A stretch of DNA of 47,086 nucleotides from a virus (Duplodnaviria; Caudoviricetes): positions 1 through 47,086 of IMG/VR virus record IMGVR_UViG_3300017747_003232. One strand, 5' to 3'. Position 1 is the stretch's first letter. Every line of letters begins with the position of its first letter. Position numbers and translations under genes: made by a program. Below the pieces are notes generated by a model. It searched no databases and had not been told where the DNA came from. It worked only from the letters and a program-made list of their open reading frames with translations. This document shows, piece by piece, positions 34,520 to 43,619 of the stretch.

Positions 34520-36583
34520 TTTCTGGTCCCATCGTTCCTCCCCCGTTTCAGGAATCAGCGTCCATTGCACATCGCTCTGGAACCCTGATCGGACCATCCT
34601 TATTCGTAGCTTTGACTTGAGTTCGTAGATCATGTCTCTGCCGAACCCTTCACGCTTTCCATTTTCGAACACCATTTTCGACGGCACCATCTGGTCTTTC
34701 AAGTAGTCTTTGAGCCACTCCTCGCAAGCGTCACGTTTGCCACGGGCGCTCCTGACTTGTGGTTGCTCCAGTATTCGGTCCATCGTCAGAGTCGAGTCGT
34801 TCAGCCAGTAGAACCCGGACTCTGAGTCGATGGCGTACCCAAGCGGGTCACCCATTGGCCCTACGTTTGACTTCACATGGGCCACACTTCGGACCTCCTC
34901 GTCGTCCGGGTCTTTGCCCGCGTAGAGGACCGAGCGAACCGCCCCGGAGAAGTCAATCGAGCCCATGATCTTATGCAGTGGATTGGTTGACTGAGACTTG
35001 TTTGGGTGCATCAGAACCAACATCGCGCAGTTCGTTCCCCTCGCAATAGCGATCAATCGCCGCATCCATTCTCGAACCTGGTTGGCCGTATTGATATCCC
35101 GCGTGGCTTCGATATAAGCCGTCATCGTGTCAATAACAATCAGCTTGGCCCCGGTCTGTTCGGCCACCTCGCGCAAAATAACCGTACCGGCAGAATCCAA
35201 GATGAACGGGTCAACCTCGCCGGTGGGGTCGTCCTCGTCGGGGAGCGTAATCAGCCCTAGATCGGCCCCCATCTGCTTGAACCGGGGAACGGTAATCTTG
35301 GACCGGGATTGCTCCGCGCTCATAAAGATCACCTCCCCCTTTTCTAGTTTCCTGGCTCCGATATTCCCACCGAGGCTAACTGCTGTCGCTATCGCTTGCG
35401 CAACCGTCGATTTTCCTACCCCAGGATCGCCAACCAGAAGAGTTACCTCCCCGAGGGGTATGTAGGGCTCAAGTAGCCAATCAACGTGCTCTACGGCTAT
35501 CTCAGACGCCTTAGCCCACCCAGTATTGCGTCGGGCCTCCATGACGACCGCTTGGCTCTTGATTTCTGTAACCATTTGGCGCTTGGGGTCCGACATGGGC
35601 ATCATGTCACGACGGATTGCAGTAGCCGCCGCGTGAAAGTCCCCGTGATGTTCAAGTCTGGTGTATGCCGAGAACTTGGAGTAGGCGTACTCTGCCTCAA
35701 ACTCGGTCGAAGTAGAGAAGCACCAGAAGCACTCTCCGTCCATCGTCACCGTCCCCGATAGCCCATGTCCCCGCTTCTTACCGGGGCGCGTCATGGCGAT
35801 TCGGTTACCCGACCGTCCCGACTCCACCCAACCGTAAGCCTGTAGGAGTTCGACTAAGTGTGGGCCGTTAGAGTTATACCAATCGCCCGGTCTTCCGCTG
35901 ACGGCTGAAACGACTCTCTCGTACCGGTGTGACTTGTCGGCTTGGTCGATGCTCTCGCGTTCGTCTAGGAGCCCCGCAGCCGTCAGAAGAAAGGCCCGCT
36001 CCTCTTCCGTGATGATGGGAATATCGGTAACCTTCAGGCCATAGAGCTTATAGCCGGGAGTCGGAGCGATACCGAAGTATCCACCCTGCCCTCTGGTTTC
36101 GATGAGAGTCTTGTTGTCCTTTCGGCAAGCTAACTTCATGTTGCCGGGGATCTCAACATCAGGACATCGGTAGATAATCCCGAATCCCCCCGATGGCGTG
36201 TTCTGGCACCCCAAGCGTTTCAGTAGGTCCTCGTGCCCGTTCTCTTTCATTAGGGCGACGAACGGTTTCCATGCCGGGGCTTCCCCTCGCGTGAATCCCT
36301 CATCGTTCTTTTCAGGAATGTCGAAGTCAATGAGTTCAACATGATTTACCCCCGCGACCATTGCGATTGATGCGCCGTTAGCCCAGAACCGATGGCATTC
36401 TTCGGGGGTTGGGACTCTCGTCTGGAATGGCTTCCAAACGGACTTGTCCCTTCCCAGTTTAACGTCAAACTCTTTCGGGAGAACTCGCCATGCGGGGGCT
36501 TTGGTAGGCATCTCTATCGGGATGCACGAGTAGCCAGCCGCCGTGAGTTCTAAGGCTAGGGGGATCAGACTGCTGTTTGCCAT
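34517..36583 (-). CDS. Bifunctional primase-polymerase (Prim-Pol) fused to a RecA-family (AAA_25/RepA-like) helicase
   Basis: GYSCIPI..TKAP, IDFD, TPSGG and IETRGQGGY; Walker A GDPGVGKS, Walker B LIVIDT, HPNK, GSIDF and HVKSNVGP. Confidence 0.9.
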   Translation of the reverse strand: MANSSLIPLALELTAAGYSCIPIEMPTKAPAWRVLPKEFDVKLGRDKSVWKPFQTRVPTPEECHRFWANGASIAMVAGVNHVELIDFDIPEKNDEGFTRGEAPAWKPFVALMKENGHEDLLKRLGCQNTPSGGFGIIYRCPDVEIPGNMKLACRKDNKTLIETRGQGGYFGIAPTPGYKLYGLKVTDIPIITEEERAFLLTAAGLLDERESIDQADKSHRYERVVSAVSGRPGDWYNSNGPHLVELLQAYGWVESGRSGNRIAMTRPGKKRGHGLSGTVTMDGECFWCFSTSTEFEAEYAYSKFSAYTRLEHHGDFHAAATAIRRDMMPMSDPKRQMVTEIKSQAVVMEARRNTGWAKASEIAVEHVDWLLEPYIPLGEVTLLVGDPGVGKSTVAQAIATAVSLGGNIGARKLEKGEVIFMSAEQSRSKITVPRFKQMGADLGLITLPDEDDPTGEVDPFILDSAGTVILREVAEQTGAKLIVIDTMTAYIEATRDINTANQVREWMRRLIAIARGTNCAMLVLMHPNKSQSTNPLHKIMGSIDFSGAVRSVLYAGKDPDDEEVRSVAHVKSNVGPMGDPLGYAIDSESGFYWLNDSTLTMDRILEQPQVRSARGKRDACEEWLKDYLKDQMVPSKMVFENGKREGFGRDMIYELKSKLRIRMVRSGFQSDVQWTLIPETGEERWDQK

Positions 36584-36780
36584 GTGCGATCCAACCTCCG
36601 TGCCTCTCGCGCCGCTTCAAGGTACCGAGCGTAGAATTGTTCGGCCATGTCGGGATACTCTCTGGAGCCGAGAACAAAGTCGCTCCAGCATTGACGGGCA
36701 AATCTTACCGAGCATTGCCACTCGGCATGTAAGTCGATCTTTGAAAGTGCCGTTGATGGGCTTGAATCTTGCATAACCAC
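36565..36780 (-). CDS. Hypothetical protein
   Basis: About 70 aa upstream of the primase; start uncertain. Confidence 0.45.
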   Translation of the reverse strand: MVMQDSSPSTALSKIDLHAEWQCSVRFARQCWSDFVLGSREYPDMAEQFYARYLEAAREARRLDRTWQTAV

Positions 36781-36910
36781 CTCATTTGTCGTGGATTGTA
36801 TGGGACGCCCCGTTCAAGGATTATAAGCCCTTTGGCGGAGTGTGGAACGCCCGGCAGCGCCCCGTACAATCAGCTTTCATTTTACTACGCATCCATTCCT
36901 GAATGCAATC

Positions 36911-37243
36911 CTAGTTGACCCCGATTGCCCGCATGAAGATCATGGTCGCATCCGAGTAGTTGACAAGGCTTCGGCCCGCACTCTGATAGGCGGCTGAATC
37001 CCTTGCGAAGTTTGCTTTCTCAAGGAGCCATTCATCCGTTTTGCCCGTGTGCTTGACGAGCAGGGTTGCGATTGGTAGATGCTCGCGGTTCATGACCCCG
37101 GTTGTCCGAAGGTATCGTTCGCAAGCCCCTTTCCAGTCGCTCTTGTTTGAGATCGTCTTGGGGGCTGGCTCAAGGACATGCTCCCCATTCTCGAAGTCGA
37201 ATCCACCCTTAATCTTTTTGTTTTTCGTTGATGTGTCGATCAT
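36911..37243 (-). CDS. Hypothetical protein
   Basis: AGGAG RBS; 110 aa. Confidence 0.6.
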   Translation of the reverse strand: MIDTSTKNKKIKGGFDFENGEHVLEPAPKTISNKSDWKGACERYLRTTGVMNREHLPIATLLVKHTGKTDEWLLEKANFARDSAAYQSAGRSLVNYSDATMIFMRAIGVN

Positions 37244-37394
37244 TGCTTTTCTCCTGTTCTAGTTGTCTTCCATGCTCTTTGCCAAGCATGTAAATCTCTC
37301 GTTCCCGTGCGCTTTGGTTCTCCGCGAAGTTGCCGTAAGTCGTTTTGAATCTCCGGTCAAACTCACGCTCCAGCCGATATTCAAGATTCCTCAC
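37209..37394 (-). CDS. Hypothetical protein
   Basis: GTGA coupling with the upstream ORF. Confidence 0.5.
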   Translation of the reverse strand: MRNLEYRLEREFDRRFKTTYGNFAENQSAREREIYMLGKEHGRQLEQEKSNDRHINEKQKD

Positions 37395-37573
37395 GAGCAG
37401 TCAACCTCGGCTCTCGGCTTGTCCTCTAGCCACTTCCCACTCCAGCTTCGTTCTTGGGGATAGTCGGGATATTCGATGTCCCTGAGTTTGGCGAGAGCTT
37501 TCTTTCCCTCGCACTTGGGGCATTTGTATTTGCTGAAGTAGCCGTAGCCACAGTCAGGGCATTTCGTGTTCAT
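37391..37573 (-). CDS. Small zinc-ribbon protein
   Basis: CPDC...CPKC. Confidence 0.55.
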   Translation of the reverse strand: MNTKCPDCGYGYFSKYKCPKCEGKKALAKLRDIEYPDYPQERSWSGKWLEDKPRAEVDCS

Positions 37574-37577
37574 GATT

Positions 37578-37916
37578 TCAAAACTCCTCCACCGACCAGC
37601 CCCCGCCGTTCTTCTTTGCGATAGCTTTGATGGCGACGAATCGGAAGGGATACAGAGCCGACGCGACCTTGATCTTTACCTTTGCGTCGTCCATCCAATA
37701 CCCCTTGACCTCGTGGCATTCGATGTAGCCATCCTTGTTCATGACTGTGAAATCAGGCGTGTAAAACGTGTTGTCCGCAAGCCTCAGTTTTAGGCCCTCG
37801 AACTTGAACCACTGGATATCCCCGACCTTCATTAAAAGGTCTAGGTGAGCCTCGTAAGCCGCCTCAGTGCTGTTCCTATCGCCGGTCTTCATCCGACCCT
37901 TTGCAAACGCTCTCAT
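37578..37916 (-). CDS. PD-(D/E)XK endonuclease (DUF1064-like/resolvase-like)
   Basis: NSTEAAY...YTPDFTV...ECHEVKG. Confidence 0.75.
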   Translation of the reverse strand: MRAFAKGRMKTGDRNSTEAAYEAHLDLLMKVGDIQWFKFEGLKLRLADNTFYTPDFTVMNKDGYIECHEVKGYWMDDAKVKIKVASALYPFRFVAIKAIAKKNGGGWSVEEF

Positions 37917-38236
37917 TTCAGCCCCCATTTAATCGCCCGCAGCCGATCTATGCGACCGGGCCATATCTCGTTGACTCTCGCCTTGAAAGACTTACTGTTC
38001 TCGGTAGCGTATTTGTGATGAGTCCGGCAGAGCCGCATGTGGTTCTCGTCGTTCCCCCACAGCGTTTCGTCCCGGCCCTCGACGTGGTGATCCTCTCGGA
38101 AGTGGTCACACGCTCGGTCGAACTCGCCCGCCATTTGGCATTCTTTGACCTCGCGGATACGGGCGATTGCTTCTTTCTCGGCTTTCTGCATCCGCTTCCC
38201 GCGATTGCCTACAGGCTTGATTAGAGAACGCTTCAC
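37913..38236 (-). CDS. HNH-like (His-Me finger) protein
   Basis: CQM...C...DHHVEGR...NHMRLCRTHH; GTGA-coupled start. Confidence 0.55.
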   Translation of the reverse strand: MKRSLIKPVGNRGKRMQKAEKEAIARIREVKECQMAGEFDRACDHFREDHHVEGRDETLWGNDENHMRLCRTHHKYATENSKSFKARVNEIWPGRIDRLRAIKWGLK

Positions 38237-38400
38237 TTGCCCTCCAAGTCCTTGCGGATCATATTCTCGACAGGATACAGGGGCTTCATCTTCATCCTTG
38301 CACCCCATCCCATTTGAGCGGGTTTGGTTTGGATCTGCTCTGGTTCTGTTACGGGGATGTCCTTGTTGTGGAGGATGGGGAGATCGGCGGGGGGCTTCAT
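38233..38400 (-). CDS. Hypothetical 55-aa protein (not in the ORF track)
   Basis: MKPPADLPILH...; AGGAGG RBS; overlaps both neighbours by 4 nt. Confidence 0.5.
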   Translation of the reverse strand: MKPPADLPILHNKDIPVTEPEQIQTKPAQMGWGARMKMKPLYPVENMIRKDLEGK

Positions 38401-38570
38401 GCGGCCTCCTTTTCCGAAGATTCCGATAGTCGTTTGCGGTAGTTCTGCACAGTCCGAACCGTTACGTCGAACTTGACGGCAAGTTCCGCATCGTTGTATC
38501 CCTTGGCGAGTGCAAGTTCAAAGTCCCGCAATCGCTCTCCCGTTATCGCTGATTTACCTTGTTGGGCCAT
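38397..38570 (-). CDS. 57-aa HTH regulator, Cro-like position (not in the ORF track)
   Basis: GYNDAELAVKFDVTVRTVQNYRKRL HTH pattern; first gene of the leftward replication arm. Confidence 0.7.
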   Translation of the reverse strand: MAQQGKSAITGERLRDFELALAKGYNDAELAVKFDVTVRTVQNYRKRLSESSEKEAA

Positions 38571-38638
38571 GAACTTTATTCTAGCCGAGTTGTTTCCAGG
38601 TGATACCTGTCATTTCTACCAGGTTTACCGAAATGCCC

Positions 38639-38667
38639 TTGCATTCTGACGACCGATAGCGGATAAT
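38639..38667 (+). promoter_or_regulatory. Sigma70-type promoter for the rightward arm
   Basis: TTGCAT-N17-GATAAT in the divergent intergenic region. Confidence 0.6.
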
Positions 38668-38700
38668 GAATATGGCCCTGGTGACGGGGCCGGAGAAACC

Positions 38701-38814
38701 ATGAAACGACTAGGAACATCTAAGCATCGACCCTCGCTACGGTCACGCATTGACCGAGCCCTACGAATCCAGGCACAAGCCCGACGATACAAGTTGATGG
38801 ACGGTGCGCGATGA
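38701..38814 (+). CDS. 37-aa basic peptide (not in the ORF track)
   Basis: GGAGA RBS; MKRLGTSKHRPSLRSRI...; ATGA overlap with the next gene. Confidence 0.45.
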   Translation: MKRLGTSKHRPSLRSRIDRALRIQAQARRYKLMDGAR

Positions 38815-39383
38815 GCGGCCAGCTAACTTACACCCCCATGTGCGGGCAAAGCATCCACGATGCGGCACAAGAAATGGTCGCCCTCGTCCTAGCAGAAGGA
38901 AAACGAGTTACCGCGATCTTCAATCAGGCCCCGACGCTCGCCGATCCCGGCATGATCCCCGACGACGTGGTAGCCCTATGGCGCAAGACATCCAAACGGG
39001 TTTGGGCTCGCCAATCGAAGTTGACCCGATCATCAAGCAAGCGACGCCAACGGAAGGCCACAGCCCGCCACCAGAAACAAGCGTGGGCATTCGTTGAAGC
39101 ATCGCAAAGCCGAGCATGGGGAGCCGATCCCGTTGCCGATCTTCTGTTTATTGAACCGTGGCTTGGTTGCTTGGGGTGGACTTACACGACGGGGATTGTC
39201 TCAGATGTTCGCCGAGCCATCAATGTCGCTTATCAGAAGCTCGACTTCAAAGATTGCGGAGTCGATACCCCCGAGCTCTATGCGCGATGGCTTTTGGCGA
39301 ATGCCGCCGACATGCAGTTTGATGGGCCGACCGTTTCGTTCTTCGAGAGGTTTCACACGACGTTTGACGAGGTGCCCGCATGA
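38811..39383 (+). CDS. Hypothetical protein
   Basis: 190 aa; part of a translationally coupled chain. Confidence 0.6.
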   Translation: MSGQLTYTPMCGQSIHDAAQEMVALVLAEGKRVTAIFNQAPTLADPGMIPDDVVALWRKTSKRVWARQSKLTRSSSKRRQRKATARHQKQAWAFVEASQSRAWGADPVADLLFIEPWLGCLGWTYTTGIVSDVRRAINVAYQKLDFKDCGVDTPELYARWLLANAADMQFDGPTVSFFERFHTTFDEVPA

Positions 39384-39589
39384 GGCACTGCAAACTTTGC
39401 GGCTACTGGAGCCACACCCTACGTTGTGACCGATGCAACCTCGACTTGTCCTACACCTACATCGGAGGGACAAAAGCAGAGGATGAGTTTCGACTAGCTC
39501 GTATTCAGCAGATGCAGGAATCCCAGCCTGGTCTTATGGTCCCTGGACAGCCTGACGGTGGGTTGTTTGCTGAGGTGGGGCGACCATGA
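39380..39589 (+). CDS. Small zinc-ribbon protein
   Basis: CKLC...CDRC. Confidence 0.55.
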   Translation: MRHCKLCGYWSHTLRCDRCNLDLSYTYIGGTKAEDEFRLARIQQMQESQPGLMVPGQPDGGLFAEVGRP

Positions 39590-40038
39590 ACGCACTCAAG
39601 CCGGGCACGCCGTTGCCGTGGGAAGTCCTGTCGTGGGCTAACCCATACGAGTCACACGATCACCGCCAAGTCAAGATCGTTCGCTACGCCGAAGATGGCG
39701 GCAAGTCGTGGGTTGCCGAATGCTCTGGCGGCTCGTTTTACTACCACGAAGGGACGGAAGCGAACGCCGCATACATCGTCACCGCTTGCAACGCATACCC
39801 TGACCTTGTAGAGGCGCTACAAGCGATGTTTGACCGTCACAAGTTGATGGCCGGGTATGGGTCGCCAATCGAAAGGCAAGCCCTGGTTATGTCTTGGGTT
39901 GATCACATGTCCGAACTTGGCTACCTTGACCCACTGGAGGCCGAGATGGCAACTCCTGACAAGCTAGCTGGCGAGTTCCTGAACTTTGCCTACGAGATCG
40001 CCCGCGCCGCTCTTAAGAAAGCAAGGGGTGACGCATGA
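39586..40038 (+). CDS. Conserved phage protein (TPxPW...ANAxxI family)
   Basis: TPLPW, EANAAYIVTACN, DLVEAL and ARAALKKARG. Confidence 0.65.
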   Translation: MNALKPGTPLPWEVLSWANPYESHDHRQVKIVRYAEDGGKSWVAECSGGSFYYHEGTEANAAYIVTACNAYPDLVEALQAMFDRHKLMAGYGSPIERQALVMSWVDHMSELGYLDPLEAEMATPDKLAGEFLNFAYEIARAALKKARGDA

Positions 40039-40229
40039 AGCTATTCAAGGCAATGACCCAAATCAGGGAGCATGCAAACCCGCCCGGTGCAGGGATGGCA
40101 TACGCATCTCACGTATACCACTCGGCTCTCGTTCTCGCACTTGAAAAGCTCTCTGATGAGCAACGAGCCCAACTTGTAGAAGAGGTTGAACGCATTGCGG
40201 TTCCTATTGCGGAAGGAGTAGCGGCATGA
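40035..40229 (+). CDS. Hypothetical protein
   Basis: ATGA coupling at both ends. Confidence 0.55.
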   Translation: MKLFKAMTQIREHANPPGAGMAYASHVYHSALVLALEKLSDEQRAQLVEEVERIAVPIAEGVAA

Positions 40230-40597
40230 AGATGATTTGCATGGCCGAGGAGTTGCAACCGATTCCTGATTCCCCGGTGGAGGTTTACGACAAGCCAGTA
40301 TGGACGTTCGCCGGGAAGCTCTACAAGACCGAATACCTTGCGATGTTCGCCAAAGCCAAACAGCAACTCTACACCGAGGAATGGAACAAGTGGGTTCAAA
40401 CCAGCCAAACCGTTCCCTATGATGAATGGGTTAAACGCAACTGGCGAGAGTACGAATACAACGAGTTTGGCAATACGGGGTTTGCGTACAACGAGCCCAC
40501 CAATTGGAATAAGCGCATTCACGAACGAACTCGGCAACTGCTTGCCGCCCGTCTTGAACCAAACCAAGCCGTACCGCATGAGGAGGGGGAGAAGTGA
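40226..40597 (+). CDS. Hypothetical protein (aromatic-rich)
   Basis: AGGAG RBS. Confidence 0.6.
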   Translation: MKMICMAEELQPIPDSPVEVYDKPVWTFAGKLYKTEYLAMFAKAKQQLYTEEWNKWVQTSQTVPYDEWVKRNWREYEYNEFGNTGFAYNEPTNWNKRIHERTRQLLAARLEPNQAVPHEEGEK

Positions 40598-40896
40598 GGT
40601 GCCCAACGTGTGAGCAAGCGGGTAGGGAATGCCGATCTTGTCGGGAGCGAAGGTTAGCCCGAATTTCCATATCGGTAAGGCACTACACCGCAGGTGCATC
40701 TACTAACCGGCATGGACGTGGGCTTGCCGTGACCGCCCCAGTCCAATGTGCCGCAGAACCCAACCGCTGGTCGATGCCTGATGATGACGAGAAGTACGAG
40801 GCTACCGTCATGTTCGAGGAATCAAACGAGATGCGAATGGATCAAGAAGAGATCGCTTGGTTCGAGTGGACTCAGCGACACGCATACGACAACTGA
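40594..40896 (+). CDS. Hypothetical protein with CxxC pairs
   Basis: CPTC...CRSC; GTGA coupling. Confidence 0.5.
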   Translation: MRCPTCEQAGRECRSCRERRLARISISVRHYTAGASTNRHGRGLAVTAPVQCAAEPNRWSMPDDDEKYEATVMFEESNEMRMDQEEIAWFEWTQRHAYDN

Positions 40897-40919
40897 CGAT
40901 TTGACCGAAGTGAACCACT

Positions 40920-41243
40920 ATGACAAACCTATTTGACACGCCCGACTTCGACGGCGACACCTACGAAGCCCCACTGGATAAGCCACGGCTCTCGACACAA
41001 CTGAAGCAGGTATTTGATCTGATGAAAGATGGCCAATGGCGAACGCTATCCGAGATCGGAGCCAAGGGTTCCGGGTCCGGGGTGTCCGCAAGGCTGCGGG
41101 ATCTTCGCAAGGCTAAGTTCGGCGGGCACAAAGTCGAGCGCCGCCGCAAAGGGAACCCCAAGGACGGCCTGTTTGAGTATAGGCTGATCGTAAACGATTT
41201 GCCGCAAGGCGAAAAAGCAAACAACGCAAAAGGAGCAATCTAA
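40920..41243 (+). CDS. Winged-helix DNA-binding protein
   Basis: VFDLMKDGQWRTLSEI...SGVSARLRDLRK..FGGHKVERRR...LFEYRL. Confidence 0.7.
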   Translation: MTNLFDTPDFDGDTYEAPLDKPRLSTQLKQVFDLMKDGQWRTLSEIGAKGSGSGVSARLRDLRKAKFGGHKVERRRKGNPKDGLFEYRLIVNDLPQGEKANNAKGAI

Positions 41244-41248
41244 ACAAA

Positions 41249-41737
41249 ATGAGTATCTACGATCAAGAAGCACCGCAAGGGCTATTTCTGAACATCAAAG
41301 ACCTTGGAAACCAGGTCAGCGTCCGGTTCTTTGGCGAACCAATCTTCTTCCAGAAGGAAGCCGAGTTTGATGGCAAGAAAACCATTCAGGACAAGTTCGC
41401 CACTCTGTGTCTATACCGAAACGCCAAGATGAAGGCATCGGAGGTCAAGGTCTACGAGTTCGGCTGGACAGTTCAGAAGCAACTCCGCAACCTCGCACAC
41501 GATGAGGATTGGGGCGACCCCACCGGCTACGACATTACGATCAAGCGGGAGGGTGAGGGGCTTCAGACGAAGTACTTCATCACGCCACGGCCAAAGAAGC
41601 CGCTCTCTGACGAGGATAAGGCCCTGATCGCCGCCGATAAGACCGACCTAGCGAAAGCGGTAAAGGCTGGCGAGGTTCCGACTGGGCAACAGGCTCCAGC
41701 AGACGAGGATTCTTACAATCCATTCCAAGATGAGTGA
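41249..41737 (+). CDS. ssb: Single-stranded DNA-binding protein
   Basis: VSVRF, DWGDPTGYDITIKREGEGLQTKY and an acidic C-terminal tail (DEDSYNPFQDE). Confidence 0.7.
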   Translation: MSIYDQEAPQGLFLNIKDLGNQVSVRFFGEPIFFQKEAEFDGKKTIQDKFATLCLYRNAKMKASEVKVYEFGWTVQKQLRNLAHDEDWGDPTGYDITIKREGEGLQTKYFITPRPKKPLSDEDKALIAADKTDLAKAVKAGEVPTGQQAPADEDSYNPFQDE

Positions 41738-42039
41738 TGCCTGACATTTACGGGCTTGACCCTTACCGAGAACCCGAAGAAGGCCCACTAGGCCCGAAGG
41801 TGGAGTGCACCGGCGAAGTCGAGCCCAATGTCTGGATGTGGTCTGTACGATCGCACGAGAACATGCTATGGCGATACGAAGTGACACTGGATTGGGAAAC
41901 CTCCGTGGTTCAATGCTCGTGTCGCCACGCCTATCGGAGATTAAACAAAGACCGACCACTGCTGACCGGTGGTTGCAAGCATGTGGACGATATTTGCTTG
42001 GAAGCCGCCCGAATCCTAGAGGAGAGAAACGAACTATGA
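41734..42039 (+). CDS. SWIM zinc-finger protein
   Basis: YEVTL...QCSCRH...GCKHV. Confidence 0.7.
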   Translation: MMPDIYGLDPYREPEEGPLGPKVECTGEVEPNVWMWSVRSHENMLWRYEVTLDWETSVVQCSCRHAYRRLNKDRPLLTGGCKHVDDICLEAARILEERNEL

Positions 42040-42557
42040 GCGAAGTTAAACGAAGCTGGAAGCGCCCACTCAAGCAATTGCTGGGCAGGCATCTTAAACC
42101 GAGTAAGGATTCTGATTGCTGGGAATGGCAGGCATACCGGAATCCGAAAACCGGATACGGATACTACACTGTTGACGGGACAAGGAAGCCTGTTCACCGA
42201 CTAATATTCGAGATATATAATGGCCCGATTCCAACTGGAATGTTTGTCTGTCATAGGTGCAATAACAGGCGGTGCGCGAATCCCGCTCACCTATATGCCG
42301 GGACAGCGAAAGACAACGTTCACGACGCCATCAGGTGTGGCGCATTTGACAAGGTGCTTGAACAGGCGCGAGTGAATTTCTCAAAGAAATGGCACGAACG
42401 CAGCTCGCAAACCCACTGCAAGCGCGGGCATGAGTTATCCGGCGACAACATTCGGGTGAACGATAAGGGGCACCGATGGTGCATCGCTTGCGCAAAACTT
42501 TACAGACAGCAATATCAAGCGGCCTATAGAGCCGGAGCCAGAAGGAGATCACTATGA
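42036..42557 (+). CDS. HNH homing endonuclease with a C-terminal zinc-binding domain
   Basis: CWEW..GYG, VHRL, VCHRCNNRRCANPAHL..GT.KDN..D and THCKRGH...CIAC. Confidence 0.85.
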   Translation: MSEVKRSWKRPLKQLLGRHLKPSKDSDCWEWQAYRNPKTGYGYYTVDGTRKPVHRLIFEIYNGPIPTGMFVCHRCNNRRCANPAHLYAGTAKDNVHDAIRCGAFDKVLEQARVNFSKKWHERSSQTHCKRGHELSGDNIRVNDKGHRWCIACAKLYRQQYQAAYRAGARRRSL

Positions 42558-43051
42558 CGCTGTATGAAATCACGGAAGACATCCTAGACCTAAAAAGCAA
42601 ATACGAATCGGGAGAAATCTCGGAAGAGGCTTTCGAGGACACCCTATCATCACTTCCAGTGGAAGAGAAACTTGAGTCAATCGCCAAGCTGATCCGAACA
42701 TGGGAAGCCGAGGGGGATGCACTGAAGGCCGAGGCCAAGAAGTTCTCTGACAGAGCTTCTGTGGCGTTCAACGGTGCTGACCGGCTCAAAGCTCGGGTGC
42801 AATCGTTCCTCGCGTCTACGGAAGCTACAGAGGCCAATGCGGGGCTATTCAAGTTCCGGCTCGTCAAGAACGGTGGCAAGGCTCCTCTGGAGTTCTTCGC
42901 CAACGCCCCCGACCCCAGCCAAGCAGACCCGAAACTTACGAATCTGCGCTACGAGTTCAACAAAGATGCCATCCGCGCCAAGCTGGAAGCAGGGGAAGAG
43001 ATTCCTTGGGCCAAGATCGGAGAGCGTGGAACGCATGTGAGGTTATTGTAA
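42554..43051 (+). CDS. Siphovirus Gp157-family (Gam-like) protein
   Basis: MTLYEIT, coiled coil, KNGGKAPL and DAIRAKLEAGEEIPWA...G..VRL. Confidence 0.8.
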   Translation: MTLYEITEDILDLKSKYESGEISEEAFEDTLSSLPVEEKLESIAKLIRTWEAEGDALKAEAKKFSDRASVAFNGADRLKARVQSFLASTEATEANAGLFKFRLVKNGGKAPLEFFANAPDPSQADPKLTNLRYEFNKDAIRAKLEAGEEIPWAKIGERGTHVRLL

Positions 43052-43263
43052 TGCCATTCAAACCACGAACAAAACGCTTTGCACTGGTACCCGTAGAGCC
43101 GGGGAACGAACAGGATACGGACGTGAGGATTGAACAGGACATCATCGGCAACCTTGAGCTTTTGGGCTGGGAGGATGACGCATTCCGCTTGATTGTCATT
43201 GCAAAAGGCGACCAAGCCATCATCGCCGCACTAGGGTTCCCCACCGAAGGAGAGGAAGCATGA
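43051..43263 (+). CDS. Hypothetical protein
   Basis: TAATG coupling. Confidence 0.55.
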   Translation: MPFKPRTKRFALVPVEPGNEQDTDVRIEQDIIGNLELLGWEDDAFRLIVIAKGDQAIIAALGFPTEGEEA

Positions 43264-43619
43264 GTAAAAGATATTTGATTTGGAGCCAGGGTGACGCGCT
43301 TGATTATCCGCGACTCTATGACGGGGAAAGCAAGTTCTACAGCAACCACGACAGGGAGTGGAACCCAGGATCTTCTGGCATGGTTCCAGGCGAAATAGCC
43401 TTCGTGTTCAAGAATGGCCGATTCGTCACCCTAGACCACCAACCAACCCCCTCAGAAGTCAGGGAGCTACTAGCTATGCCTGATCCACTAGAGGAGTGCT
43501 TTGCGCTTCTCGAAAGAGTCGCGAACCCGAACTTCTTTGGTGATCCGACGCCGAAGGGACTTGCCGAAGTCCGCACACTCGCCCGAACGTTGCTGAACAC
43601 GCACAGGAGGACAGCATGA
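43260..43619 (+). CDS. Hypothetical protein
   Basis: GGAGAGG RBS; ATGA coupling. Confidence 0.6.
   Translation: MSKRYLIWSQGDALDYPRLYDGESKFYSNHDREWNPGSSGMVPGEIAFVFKNGRFVTLDHQPTPSEVRELLAMPDPLEECFALLERVANPNFFGDPTPKGLAEVRTLARTLLNTHRRTA

Noticed and set aside
34272-34620. ORFs across the origin region
   Set aside because: Their repetitive ILP motifs simply translate the iterons, and they have no credible starts.
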